52,996 bases of DNA. Source: Alphaproteobacteria bacterium. Its GTDB lineage: Bacteria > Pseudomonadota > Alphaproteobacteria > Micavibrionales > Micavibrionaceae. Under the pieces are notes generated by a model that saw only the letters and a list, made by a program, of their open reading frames with translations, made no database searches and was not told where the DNA came from. Every line of letters starts with the position of its first letter. Positions within the stretch are counted from its first letter, which is position 1. Location: assembly GCA_021776075.1 (NCBI GenBank), contig JAJFGQ010000017.1, positions 1-52,996 on the forward strand, read 5' to 3'. Positions 10,436-19,826 of the stretch are shown piece by piece. The position numbers and the translations under genes were made by a program.

Positions 10436-11725
10436 ATGCATGATTTACGCGCGATCAGGAAAAATCCTGACTATTTTGATAAAGGCTGGCGCAGGCGGGG
10501 GCTTGATCCGCAAACGCCTGCTATTCTGAAACTCGATGAAGACCGTCGGGCTTTGCAGACCGAATTGCAGGAATTGCAGCAGAAGCGTAATGAAAAATCA
10601 AAAGAAATCGGCAAGATCAAGAGCCAGAAGGGCGATGCGCAGAGCCTTATGGATGAGGTGGCCACCCTGAAAACTCGTATGGCAGGGCTGGAGGAGCAGG
10701 AACAGACAATAGGTGAATCTCTGAACCAGCATTTGGCGGCCTTGCCGAATATCATGGATGATGATGTGCCGGATGGTGCGGATGAAGACGCTAATATAGA
10801 AGTGCGTAAACATGGCGAGCCGAAACGCCAGAATTCGGAAACGGCGGATCATGTGGCGATTGGTGAAATGCTCGGTATGATGGACTTTGAAACGGCGGCC
10901 AAACTTTCCGGTTCGCGCTTTGTTTTTCTTTGCCGGGGACTGGCGCGGATGGAGCGGGCGCTGGGGCAGTTTATGCTGGATACCCATATTGAAGAACACG
11001 GTTATCGTGAGATTTCACCGCCTTTGCTGGTACGGGATGAAGCCATGTTCGGTACGGGACAGTTGCCCAAATTCGCCGACGATCAGTTTCGTACCACGCG
11101 CGGTGATTGGCTCATCCCTACGGCCGAAGTGCCGCTCACCAATATTGTCGCGGATAGTATTCTTGACGGGGATGATTTGCCGCGTCGTTATACGGCCTAT
11201 ACGCCCTGTTTCCGTCAGGAAGCCGGAGCGGCGGGGAAAGACACGCGGGGTATTATTCGCCAGCACCAGTTTTATAAGGTGGAAATGGTGAGCATTGTTC
11301 ACCCGGATAAAAGTCAGGAAGAGCATGAACGCATGACGGGTTGCGCTGAAAATATCCTCAAGAAACTGGGTTTGTCGTTCCGTACGATGGTGCTGTGTAG
11401 CGGGGATACCGGTTTTGGTGCGCGCAAGACGTATGATCTTGAGGTCTGGTTGCCGGGACAGCAGCAATACCGCGAAATATCGAGCTGCTCAAACTGTGGT
11501 GATTTTCAGGCCCGGCGGATGAAGGCGCGTTTCCGCAAGAAAGACGAAAAGGATACGCAGTTCGTCCATACTTTGAATGGTTCCGGCGTGGCCATTGGCC
11601 GGGCTTTGGTCGCGGTGATGGAAAATTATCACGACCCGGCAGATGGCGGCGTGTTCGTGCCGGATGTCCTTAAACCCTATATGGGCGGGGTGGAGAAGAT
11701 TGTGCCGGAAGCAACGATGAGTTAG
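10436..11725 (+). CDS. serS: seryl-tRNA synthetase
   Basis: 429 aa from ATG 10436 ([12 protein letters not shown]). N-terminal coiled-coil arm plus class II aaRS core (motif 2 [21 protein letters not shown]). The ORF-track start at 10391 is a GTG extension. Confidence 0.92.
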   Translation: MHDLRAIRKNPDYFDKGWRRRGLDPQTPAILKLDEDRRALQTELQELQQKRNEKSKEIGKIKSQKGDAQSLMDEVATLKTRMAGLEEQEQTIGESLNQHLAALPNIMDDDVPDGADEDANIEVRKHGEPKRQNSETADHVAIGEMLGMMDFETAAKLSGSRFVFLCRGLARMERALGQFMLDTHIEEHGYREISPPLLVRDEAMFGTGQLPKFADDQFRTTRGDWLIPTAEVPLTNIVADSILDGDDLPRRYTAYTPCFRQEAGAAGKDTRGIIRQHQFYKVEMVSIVHPDKSQEEHERMTGCAENILKKLGLSFRTMVLCSGDTGFGARKTYDLEVWLPGQQQYREISSCSNCGDFQARRMKARFRKKDEKDTQFVHTLNGSGVAIGRALVAVMENYHDPADGGVFVPDVLKPYMGGVEKIVPEATMS

Positions 11726-11758
11726 TCGGTGTGTTCTGATCTAAAATACGATTACAAG

Positions 11759-12118
11759 CTACTGTGCAGGGGTTATTGATAAGGTTGCATTTGGTATTGT
11801 CCATCCTGCGGATCTTAAGAATTTCTGTTTTTCAACGGGCTCCCCCGTTTTTTCAACGCAATTGCTTTTGATTTTTTGCAGTTCTTCGCTTCTTATTGTT
11901 CTTGTTATTTTTTTGTTTTTAAGTGCGGGTAACACTACATCATTGTTAAAGGCGTCATTGAGTTTTTTATCAACGCATATATCTGCCTTTGTTTCTGATG
12001 TACCTGCAATTTTCTCCCAGATGATGTCATTTGCTGGTGCGCTCGTCTGTGCGTTGGCAGAACCGGTAGCAAGCGCTGTAAATAACAGTGCGATTGTGAG
12101 TGATGTTGTTTTTTTCAT
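11759..12118 (-). CDS. small secreted protein (119 aa)
   Basis: Internal ATG 12118 with AAAGGA SD. Signal peptide MKKTTSLTIALLFTALATGSANAQ. Two Cys in the mature part. Lies just downstream of the paralogous secreted gene array. Confidence 0.55.
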   Translation of the reverse strand: MKKTTSLTIALLFTALATGSANAQTSAPANDIIWEKIAGTSETKADICVDKKLNDAFNNDVVLPALKNKKITRTIRSEELQKIKSNCVEKTGEPVEKQKFLRSAGWTIPNATLSITPAQ

Positions 12119-12148
12119 GATCTTTATCCTTTGTATTGTCAATTCTGT

Positions 12149-13186
12149 CTAAAACCGTGGACCGCTGCGCGGGTTGTCAAAAAGACCGCCGCGCGGGGCC
12201 TGAGGTTTGTTGTCCTCTTGTGGTGCATCGTTATGTTCTTCTCCGGGAACATGATCATGCTCGTTTGAGCAGGAGGCATGATAGGCGCTGTCTAATTCCT
12301 GATTGTTGTGGAACAACTCTCTATAGCCTTCACCGGGTGTTTGTACAAAGTTTTGCAAGACAGTGCAGGCTCCGATGACATCACCGGAAATATCCCGAAT
12401 AGCTTTATTTTCTGCCAATGCTGGTACGGCGCTCCATTGTTCATCGGAGATATTACAAGCTTTGCGGAGGCTGTCGCCAAAAGGTGCCGCGTTGTATTCC
12501 GGTATTTTTTTACTACCCTTGGCCAATACATTGAGGCCTGGATGTTGTGCTATACCGGATGTAAGTTCCGTGCATGCCTTTTTAATGAGGTCCTGCGTAG
12601 AAAGAAGGGCAGGGGTTGTTTTTATATCGGCGCTTTTTTCTGCAACAGGTGCCGGATTAAAGTCAGGAACGGGGCCTTGCTTGCAGGCATATTCATGGCT
12701 GGCTTTGATTTTTGGGTCGGAAAAATACAACACGTTAAATTGTCTTGTTTTGCGGGCCAGTTCCTCGAAGGTATGGCAAGCGTCGCCAACAGTTGAGGAT
12801 ACAAATTCCTTAATCATGTTCTTGTTATGGGGGATTTCCTTCTGCTGATCTTCCGAGAAAGAGCAGGCATCATAGATGCTTCTCTGGAAGTAGCTGGAAT
12901 CGTAATCCGGTACGTGTGTGCTGCCGTTGAGCAGGACGCCAAAGCCGGGATATTCGGGCGCGAAACGTTCTCTCAGATATTTGCAGCCTTTCCTGATGTC
13001 TTTTGCTTTTTTTGCGTCAGAAAGGCCGTGTGTTTTATTCAGCACGGGCGCTTCGGCTTGCGATGGGGTTTGTTGTCCGCCGGAGCCTTCGCGTCTTTGT
13101 TGGGCATCAGCGTCAGAACCGATAGCGGCGATAAATGTGAAGGCAACGGCTAGCGTTCCGAGTGTTTTTGTCAGTGATTGAGACAT
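12149..13186 (-). CDS. secreted protein, two tandem copies of a 4-Cys domain (paralog 1)
   Basis: AGGAGG SD. Signal peptide MSQSLTKTLGTLAVAFTFIAAIGSDADAQ. Two internal domains, each with four Cys. The second domain carries KGSKKIPEYN and the motif KACNISDEQWSAVP, shared with paralogs at 13214 and 13759. Confidence 0.7.
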   Translation of the reverse strand: MSQSLTKTLGTLAVAFTFIAAIGSDADAQQRREGSGGQQTPSQAEAPVLNKTHGLSDAKKAKDIRKGCKYLRERFAPEYPGFGVLLNGSTHVPDYDSSYFQRSIYDACSFSEDQQKEIPHNKNMIKEFVSSTVGDACHTFEELARKTRQFNVLYFSDPKIKASHEYACKQGPVPDFNPAPVAEKSADIKTTPALLSTQDLIKKACTELTSGIAQHPGLNVLAKGSKKIPEYNAAPFGDSLRKACNISDEQWSAVPALAENKAIRDISGDVIGACTVLQNFVQTPGEGYRELFHNNQELDSAYHASCSNEHDHVPGEEHNDAPQEDNKPQAPRGGLFDNPRSGPRF

Positions 13187-13213
13187 GGTGTCCTCCTGTT
13201 AGTTTTATTGTTT

Positions 13214-13720
13214 TTATTTAGGGGTCGGTGTTTTTGGTTCAGCACCGCCCGCGCAGGCATATTGTAGGCTTTTGCCCAGTGCAAATGTGCCGTGGAATAA
13301 ATGGTAAAAACCCGGATCACTGTGGCTGAGGCTCATAAGGTTATTGCAGGCCTCACCGGCAAGGGCATCAATTTGTGCGGGTTCGATAGCGTCCTGTGAC
13401 GGGATGGCGTTCCAGTCAGTATCAGAAATGTTGCAGGCTTTTTTAAGGTTTGTACCGAGATGTACCGCATTGTAACCGGAAAAGACTTTGCTGCCCTTCA
13501 GCATAAGGCTCAGTCCGTCATGTAGGCCTAAAGCTCCTGATAGACGGGCGCAAGCGCCATATTTAACGGCAGTCCGCTCTTCTTTGGACATTTTGTTAAA
13601 ACCGCCGGGGCCTTCGCCTTGATGGTGCGATCCTTCGCTTTGTGCAAAAGCGTTTCCTGTCATGGCGACGGTAAAAGCAACAGCCAGTGTGCCAATCGTT
13701 TTTGCTGATAATATAGACAT
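13214..13720 (-). CDS. secreted 4-Cys-domain protein (paralog 2)
   Basis: AAGGAG SD. Signal peptide MSILSAKTIGTLAVAFTVAMTGNAFAQ. Motifs LKGSKVFSGYN and KKACNISDTDWNAIP. Confidence 0.7.
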   Translation of the reverse strand: MSILSAKTIGTLAVAFTVAMTGNAFAQSEGSHHQGEGPGGFNKMSKEERTAVKYGACARLSGALGLHDGLSLMLKGSKVFSGYNAVHLGTNLKKACNISDTDWNAIPSQDAIEPAQIDALAGEACNNLMSLSHSDPGFYHLFHGTFALGKSLQYACAGGAEPKTPTPK

Positions 13721-13758
13721 AATTTATTTCTCCTTATACGGGATACGAAGCACAGCCT

Positions 13759-14277
13759 TTATTGCGGTTGTGGCGCAGGGGTTTTCGGTTTTTGAAAAAA
13801 TTCCATCGCATCATGAAAGCCGTTATGCAACGCTTCGTTGCCGTGGAAAGCTTTCTCATAAGATGGAATGCTGTAGATGTTCTTATGCACGACGTCCACG
13901 GCACTGGCCGCCGCCGCTTTCAGCGTGTCTTTTGGCGCCTTATTTAGAAATTTTTGCATTGCCGGTAACGGTTTCATGTCATTCCAGGTTTCGTCTGACA
14001 TATTGCATTGTTGCTTTAGGGCGTTACCGAAATCTGTGCTGTCATAATCAGGGAAAGCGCTATGCCCTTTAAATATGAGTGTCAGGCCGGGATGCATTGT
14101 AAAACCTATGGCGAGATTGTCGCACATATTAATGTTTTTGGCTGTTTCCGGTGATATTGTCGGGCCGTTACCATGGCTTCCTTCTGGGTGATGCTGTTCC
14201 TGCGCCAGTGCAGAGCTACCCGTTGTTGCCAGAGCAAAAGCCATTGTTGCTATACTTAAAAGTTTTTTGACAGACAT
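13759..14277 (-). CDS. secreted 4-Cys-domain protein (paralog 3)
   Basis: Internal ATG 14277 with strong SD AAGGAGGAGG. Signal peptide MSVKKLLSIATMAFALATTGSSALAQ. Motifs HPGLTLIFKGHSAFPDYD and KQQCNMSDETWNDMKP. Confidence 0.7.
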   Translation of the reverse strand: MSVKKLLSIATMAFALATTGSSALAQEQHHPEGSHGNGPTISPETAKNINMCDNLAIGFTMHPGLTLIFKGHSAFPDYDSTDFGNALKQQCNMSDETWNDMKPLPAMQKFLNKAPKDTLKAAAASAVDVVHKNIYSIPSYEKAFHGNEALHNGFHDAMEFFQKPKTPAPQPQ

Positions 14278-14447
14278 GATGTCCTCCTCCTTATTCTTAA
14301 TTTTTTTTATGAAACTACGGGCACTTTGCATAAATTGGAATGTTATTGCAAATGGTTTTTTCAGAAAAACAATTATCATAGATTATTCTTCTTGGCGTCT
14401 TGCCGCACAGACTCTACAATAAAATTAGTTCGCTCAAAGGTCATTTC

Positions 14448-15131
14448 ATGAATTCTCAGGATACCCGTAAAATCAGGCTTGTGATGCTTCTGCGCAATGC
14501 AGGCATTACCGACACATCTGTTCTGGCCGCGATGGAAAGAGTGCCGCGTGACTTTTTTGTTCCGGCGGCTATGGCGGATCAGTCTTACGACGATATCGCC
14601 TTGCCTATCGGCAGGGGCCAGACGATTAGCCAGCCTTTGGTTGTGGCGACGATGACAGAGGCTTTGAAGCTGGATGATCGCTGTAAGGTGCTGGAAGTCG
14701 GTACAGGATCGGGTTACCAGAGTTGTGTTTTGGCGCATTTGTGCCGTCGCGTTTATACGATTGAGCGGCATAAGTCCCTTCTGATTGAGGCTTTGAAGAT
14801 GTTTGATGAGTTGAAGCTGCATAATATTACAGCGATTGCCGGGGACGGTATGAAGGGCTGGCCCGAACAGGCACCGTTTGACCGTATCATTGTAACGGCT
14901 GCTGCGCAGGGTGATCCGCCCTCTGCCTTGCTGGATCAGTTGAAAATTGGCGGTATTATGGTGGTTCCCGTGGCAACAAATGAACATCAGGTGTTGCGGC
15001 GCTATAAGAAGGAAGGGGAGGACACGTTTGCCGTGAAGGATTTAATGGGTGTGCGGTTTGTACCTTTGTTGCCAAACCTTGCCGCGCCCAGTGAGGGTTC
15101 GGATGGTGACATCAACAGGAAGCTGGCCTGA
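14448..15131 (+). CDS. pcm: protein-L-isoaspartate O-methyltransferase
   Basis: 227 aa from ATG 14448. SAM-binding motif VLEVGTGSGYQ. Conserved pcm-nlpD neighbourhood. Confidence 0.9.
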   Translation: MNSQDTRKIRLVMLLRNAGITDTSVLAAMERVPRDFFVPAAMADQSYDDIALPIGRGQTISQPLVVATMTEALKLDDRCKVLEVGTGSGYQSCVLAHLCRRVYTIERHKSLLIEALKMFDELKLHNITAIAGDGMKGWPEQAPFDRIIVTAAAQGDPPSALLDQLKIGGIMVVPVATNEHQVLRRYKKEGEDTFAVKDLMGVRFVPLLPNLAAPSEGSDGDINRKLA

Positions 15132-15132
15132 T

Positions 15133-16149
15133 ATGTTATTTTTTACCACCAAGGCACCAAGACACGAAGTTGTTGCTGCGCATGTAGAAAGGTATCCTCT
15201 GCGCTTCTTGGTGTCTTGGTGTCTTGGTGGTTTAATTATCGTATGTATGCTTTCTCTGACCGCATGCTTTGGTACGCAGGCTCCTGCGCCTTATAAGCAT
15301 TACGGGGCGCAAAAGGGTGGATCGGCAGCGGATAGTGCTGGTGTTCACACAGTGGCAAGCGGCGATACGGTGTGGGGTATTTCTCAGCGTTATCACATTG
15401 CCATGCGGGATGTCATCGGTGCGAATAAATTGCGGCCGCCTTACCGTTTGGCGCGCGGTCAACGTTTGAAATTACCGCCGCCGCAGGCTTACAGAATCAA
15501 GCCGGGTGATACGCTGTATGGTATTTCACGTACTTTTAACGTGAGCGTCACACAACTGGCGCGGCAGAACCATTTAAGATCACCTTATACCATCCATCCG
15601 GGGGAGACATTGCGTCTGCCGTCTCGTTATAGTGTGTCAAAACCAGCCTCACAGCCGCGGCAGTTTGCTTCTGTGGCAAAGAAAAAGTCGCGTGCATCGT
15701 CATCGTCTTCCAAACAGACCAAAATTGCGAAAAAGCCGATTATCTCCCGGTCTACGCCGAAAAGGGCGGGGAGCAAATTTGAGTGGCCGGTTGAGGGGCA
15801 GCTTTTGTCTTCTTACGGCCCTAAAAAGGGCGGTCTTCATAATGATGGCGTGAATATTAAGGCCCCGAAAGGAACGCCGGTCCGCGCGGCGGAAAATGGT
15901 GTGGTTGTTTATGCCGGACGTGAGTTGAAAGGGTTCGGTAATCTGGTGCTGGTTCGTCATGCTGATCGCTGGGTTACGGCTTATGCTCATATGGATCGTT
16001 TGCATATCAAACGCGGGCAGGAAATCAAGCGCGGCCAGACTTTGGGAACGGTGGGCTCAACAGGAAGCGTTAGTGTACCGCAGCTTCATTTTGAAACGAG
16101 GCGCGGGACAAAGGCCCTCAATCCAAAAAAATATCTACGGAAATCCTAA
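15133..16149 (+). CDS. nlpD: LysM-domain M23 family murein endopeptidase lipoprotein (NlpD-like)
   Basis: Lipobox LSLTAC. Two LysM repeats (HTVASGDTVWGISQRY..., YRIKPGDTLYGISRTF...). C-terminal M23 domain (HNDGVNI..., YAHMDRL, LHFE). Exact start uncertain (ATG 15133 chosen). The 5' region contains a long inverted repeat. Confidence 0.85.
   Translation: MLFFTTKAPRHEVVAAHVERYPLRFLVSWCLGGLIIVCMLSLTACFGTQAPAPYKHYGAQKGGSAADSAGVHTVASGDTVWGISQRYHIAMRDVIGANKLRPPYRLARGQRLKLPPPQAYRIKPGDTLYGISRTFNVSVTQLARQNHLRSPYTIHPGETLRLPSRYSVSKPASQPRQFASVAKKKSRASSSSSKQTKIAKKPIISRSTPKRAGSKFEWPVEGQLLSSYGPKKGGLHNDGVNIKAPKGTPVRAAENGVVVYAGRELKGFGNLVLVRHADRWVTAYAHMDRLHIKRGQEIKRGQTLGTVGSTGSVSVPQLHFETRRGTKALNPKKYLRKS
15145..15231. 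repeat. imperfect inverted repeat (~25-bp arms) containing a triple tandem GTCTTGGT unit, inside the nlpD signal-peptide region
   Basis: 15145-15169 ACCACCAAGGCACCAAGACACGAAG is nearly complementary to 15205-15231 CTTCTTGGTGTCTTGGTGTCTTGGTGG. The second arm holds 3 copies of GTCTTGGT. Confidence 0.5.
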
Positions 16150-17786
16150 TGGATAAGGCGTTCGATACAGCATTTGATGCCATGATGGCCTGGAATCAGG
16201 TCGGCTTGTTCGTCGGTGGGCTTATTTGTCTCGGCATAGGGCTGTTATTTATTGCTGATTTTGTGCATTGGCGTGTTGTAGCACAGCGCGTGAAAGGTCG
16301 TATTGCGGCTGTGCGGGTTACAGGGATTAATAAGAAAAAAAGCGGGACGGAAGACTCTCCTGCTGTTTCGGAAAAACCGGAAGATCTGACAAGTCTGGCG
16401 GATGAGCTTAAAAAATCACCGGGCCGTTTGTTTGGTAATATTTTTTTGTCGCTACTATCTGTTGTTCCATTGGTCCTTCTTTTTTCCTTTGCTGCTTACA
16501 CGGCTTTTGATTATCTGCATTTGAAGGCTGATGGTTATCAGGTGGAAGCCGCGGTTATAGATAATGAAATCAGCGGTGAAAATGCGGACAACTATCGTGC
16601 TGTTGTGTCTTTTGAAGGCCATGACGGACAATATTGGGAATTGCGGGATAGTATGGTAGTTCCGGCTTCCCGTTCTTATGAAATCGGTAGAAAAATAGAT
16701 GTTTATTATGATCCTGCCGATCCTTCGCATTTCAAAATTGTGGGTTTCTGGCATTACCAGATTTTCCGTATCGCGCTTTCCCTTATTGTGACAAGCTTAA
16801 TTGTTGGGGTGTTTATCGTGATAGCTGCCCGTTTTGAAGGCCGTCTGAGGAGCACAGGCAGCAGCGAGAAGAAGAAAAAGAAGGTCAGTTATGCTGGGGA
16901 AATGTATTCTGCCGTCATGGAATATGCGGTGCCGGACGGGGAAACGATTCAGGCTGAAACGGATTCAAGCAGCAACTGGCTGGCGGACAAGATACCGGGA
17001 ACGCCCGTTAAGCTTCTCGTGAAACCTCATGACCCGGAGTCGGTCAGGAAAGTCGGGTGGCTGGGCTTGATTGCTGGTTTAATCTTTGCTGTGCCGGGGG
17101 CTCTTTTACTATTTGTCGGCATCGGTATGGGAATGAATATTTTTACGATTGTGATCGGTGCGGCGGGACTCGGCTATCTGGGGTTTAAACTGTTTAAAAC
17201 GTTGAGGCCGCGTGGTGAGTGGGACAGTATCGCGGATTTCCAAAAACGCATGAAAGCGAAAAGTGCTGATAAGAGTAAACAGGGACGTATTCTGACGCAT
17301 CAGGAAATACGGGATCGTTTGCGTTATCATGACAGGGTGGCGCAGCTCTGGCAGCCTTTTCTGGTTTTGATGGCTGCCGGTTTTATCGGGGGCGGAATTT
17401 ATATGGCGCAGGATATGGAAGGCTTGCTGGCCGTGGCTGAACGGACGGAAGGTCATGTCGTGCGCGTGGAAAGTGTTTATAATGCGAGTGCGGAAGGGTC
17501 GTCTTATACCTATTATCCTGTCATTGAATATGCTGACTTTACAGGCCGGGTTTCTACATTTCGCAGCAAAGTCGGCTCCAATCCGCCCACGAAGAAAATC
17601 GGAGATAGTGTAACTGTTATGTATGATCCTGACAGGCCGGGCCAGGCGCAGGTGGATCGCGGTATTTTAAACTGGCTGATTCCGGGTGGTTTATTGCTGG
17701 CCGGTTTATGGTTGTTGTGGGTTTCTCTGAAAATCCAGATGGGTATTTTTCATCGAAAGCCTCTTGTCCGTCGCCGGGGTGTTTGA
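16149..17786 (+). CDS. polytopic membrane protein with three DUF3592 domains
   Basis: The ATG overlaps the nlpD stop (TAATG). Three repeats end in the DUF3592 signature (IDVYYDPADPSHFKIV; LLVKPHDPESVRKV; VTVMYDPDRPGQAQVD). Each is preceded by TM helices. Confidence 0.7.
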   Translation: MDKAFDTAFDAMMAWNQVGLFVGGLICLGIGLLFIADFVHWRVVAQRVKGRIAAVRVTGINKKKSGTEDSPAVSEKPEDLTSLADELKKSPGRLFGNIFLSLLSVVPLVLLFSFAAYTAFDYLHLKADGYQVEAAVIDNEISGENADNYRAVVSFEGHDGQYWELRDSMVVPASRSYEIGRKIDVYYDPADPSHFKIVGFWHYQIFRIALSLIVTSLIVGVFIVIAARFEGRLRSTGSSEKKKKKVSYAGEMYSAVMEYAVPDGETIQAETDSSSNWLADKIPGTPVKLLVKPHDPESVRKVGWLGLIAGLIFAVPGALLLFVGIGMGMNIFTIVIGAAGLGYLGFKLFKTLRPRGEWDSIADFQKRMKAKSADKSKQGRILTHQEIRDRLRYHDRVAQLWQPFLVLMAAGFIGGGIYMAQDMEGLLAVAERTEGHVVRVESVYNASAEGSSYTYYPVIEYADFTGRVSTFRSKVGSNPPTKKIGDSVTVMYDPDRPGQAQVDRGILNWLIPGGLLLAGLWLLWVSLKIQMGIFHRKPLVRRRGV

Positions 17787-17876
17787 TCCTGTGAATGATT
17801 CTGTCTTGCCTCTTGTTTTTGCTATCTATCCCGCTATAGTCCTGCTTTAAAGAGGATTTAAAGAGGGATATACGAT

Positions 17877-18236
17877 ATGTTGATTTCTACAGCTTACGCT
17901 GCCGCAGGTACTGCCATGGCTGATGCGCCAAGTCCATGGGAAGCTTTTGCCCTGAACATGATGCTGATTCTGATTTTGGTCTTCATGTTTTATGTGTTGC
18001 TGATTATGCCGCAGCAAAAACGCTTTAAAAAACACAGGGAAATGCTTGATACTTTGCGCAAGGGAGACAAAGTCGTGACCGCAGGCGGGCTTGTTGGCAA
18101 AGTTGATAAAATTCTGGATGGCGCGGATGAAGTCGTTGTTGATCTGGGAAATGACGTCAAGGTGACGGCCTTGCGTTCCACGATTCAAAATAAGGTCGAT
18201 AAGCTGGACAATAAAGTAAAAAAATCAGATAGTTAA
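17877..18236 (+). CDS. yajC: preprotein translocase subunit YajC
   Basis: 119 aa with a single TM helix plus the conserved KGDKVVTAGGLVGKV motif. GAGGGA SD. Confidence 0.9.
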   Translation: MLISTAYAAAGTAMADAPSPWEAFALNMMLILILVFMFYVLLIMPQQKRFKKHREMLDTLRKGDKVVTAGGLVGKVDKILDGADEVVVDLGNDVKVTALRSTIQNKVDKLDNKVKKSDS

Positions 18237-18245
18237 ACAAAAGCC

Positions 18246-19814
18246 ATGATCCATTTTACCCGCTGGAAAATTACTCTGATCCTGATTATATGTGCTTTGG
18301 CCCTTGCCTATAGTCTGCCAAATGCGTTGAGCCCCGGTGCGCGGGCATGGATGCAAACGACATTGCCTTCTGCTTTGCCGGGGAAAACAATCAATCTGGG
18401 TCTGGATCTTCAGGGCGGATCTCATCTTCTTTTGCAGGTAGATGTCAGTAGTGTTGTTCAGGAACGGTCTGAAGGGCTCGTACAAGCTGCTCGGCCTGAT
18501 TTGCGCAAAGAGAAAATCGGTTATACGCGTATTTCCAGTATTCCCGGCGGTATGCGTCTGCTGTTGCGTGACGGGCAGGATATAAGTGCAGTGAAGAAGA
18601 TTTTGCGGGCTCTTGACACTGATATTGATGTCATCATTAGTGCAGATGAAAAAATGGCCGAAGCCCGTTATAATGATGTGGCTGTTAAAAAAATTCAGGA
18701 TCAGACGATTGATCAGTCTATTGAGATTGTACGCCGTCGTGTCGATGAAACAGGAACGCGGGAACCGGTTATCCAGAGGCAGGGCACAGATCGTATCATT
18801 GTTCAGCTTCCCGGTTTGGAAGACCCGGCGGAAATTAAAGATTTGCTGGGCAAAACGGCCATGCTGTCCTTTCATCTTGTCGATACGGGAACAGGAAAGA
18901 CACGCGGTATGGGCGGCTCACGGACTTTGCCGTTGGTGGAAGAACCGGGGCAGAGCTTGCCGGTTGCCCGGCGTCCTATGATTACGGGCGATATGCTGAC
19001 CAATGCCCAGCCTTCATTTTCACAAGGTTTGCCGGTGATCAGCTTTAGTTTGAACGGTGTCGGTGCACGGCGTTTTTGTGACGTAACGAGCAAGAAGGAA
19101 AATATCGGCCAGCCTTTTGCCATTGTTCTGGATGATGAGATTATCAGCGCGCCCAATATCAGGGAGCCAATTTGCGGAGGAGCAGCGATCATTTCCGGCC
19201 GTTTTACGGTGAAGGAAACAACGGATCTGGCCTTGCTTTTGCGGGCGGGTGCTTTGCCGGCGCCGTTGGTGGTTCTGGAAGAACGGACTGTTGGGCCGTC
19301 TTTGGGTGCTGACTCTGTAGAAGCCGGGAAGAAAGCGAGCCTTGTGGCTCTGTTGATGGTTCTGGTCTTTATGGCGGGGGCGTACGGTTTGTTCGGCATT
19401 ATGGCCGATGTGGCCTTGCTTGTTAATGTGGCATTGATTTTTGCTTTGCTGTCCGGTTTGCAGGCAACGCTGACGCTGCCGGGGATTGCCGGGATTGTTT
19501 TGACCATTGGTATGGCCGTGGATGCCAATGTCCTGATTTTTGAGCGAATCAGGGAAGAGGTCAGACAGGGGCGTTCCCCGATGTCTGCTATTGACGCCGG
19601 TTACAGCCGGGCGATGGGTACAATTATTGACTCTAACCTCACAACGCTGATCGCGGCCATTATTCTTTATTCGTTTGGTACGGGGCCAATCAAGGGGTTT
19701 GCTGTCACGCTGGGTATCGGGATTATAACGTCTTTCTTCTCAGCCATCTGGGTGACACGCCTTATCGTGGTGACGTGGCTGCGGAAGAAACAACCAGATG
19801 CTTTGCCGGTGTAG
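18246..19814 (+). CDS. secD: protein translocase subunit SecD
   Basis: 522 aa with a periplasmic domain plus the SecDF TM bundle. yajC-secD-secF synteny. Confidence 0.92.
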   Translation: MIHFTRWKITLILIICALALAYSLPNALSPGARAWMQTTLPSALPGKTINLGLDLQGGSHLLLQVDVSSVVQERSEGLVQAARPDLRKEKIGYTRISSIPGGMRLLLRDGQDISAVKKILRALDTDIDVIISADEKMAEARYNDVAVKKIQDQTIDQSIEIVRRRVDETGTREPVIQRQGTDRIIVQLPGLEDPAEIKDLLGKTAMLSFHLVDTGTGKTRGMGGSRTLPLVEEPGQSLPVARRPMITGDMLTNAQPSFSQGLPVISFSLNGVGARRFCDVTSKKENIGQPFAIVLDDEIISAPNIREPICGGAAIISGRFTVKETTDLALLLRAGALPAPLVVLEERTVGPSLGADSVEAGKKASLVALLMVLVFMAGAYGLFGIMADVALLVNVALIFALLSGLQATLTLPGIAGIVLTIGMAVDANVLIFERIREEVRQGRSPMSAIDAGYSRAMGTIIDSNLTTLIAAIILYSFGTGPIKGFAVTLGIGIITSFFSAIWVTRLIVVTWLRKKQPDALPV

Positions 19815-19826
19815 AGGAAGAAGAAT

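Noticed and set aside
15205-15231. Short tandem repeats, considered as a possible CRISPR or VNTR
   Set aside because: There are only three 8-nt units with no spacers. It is not a CRISPR array. It is retained only as part of the inverted repeat finding.
18872-19528. 218-aa minus-strand ORF inside secD
   Set aside because: It is antisense to secD and has no motif. It is a shadow ORF.
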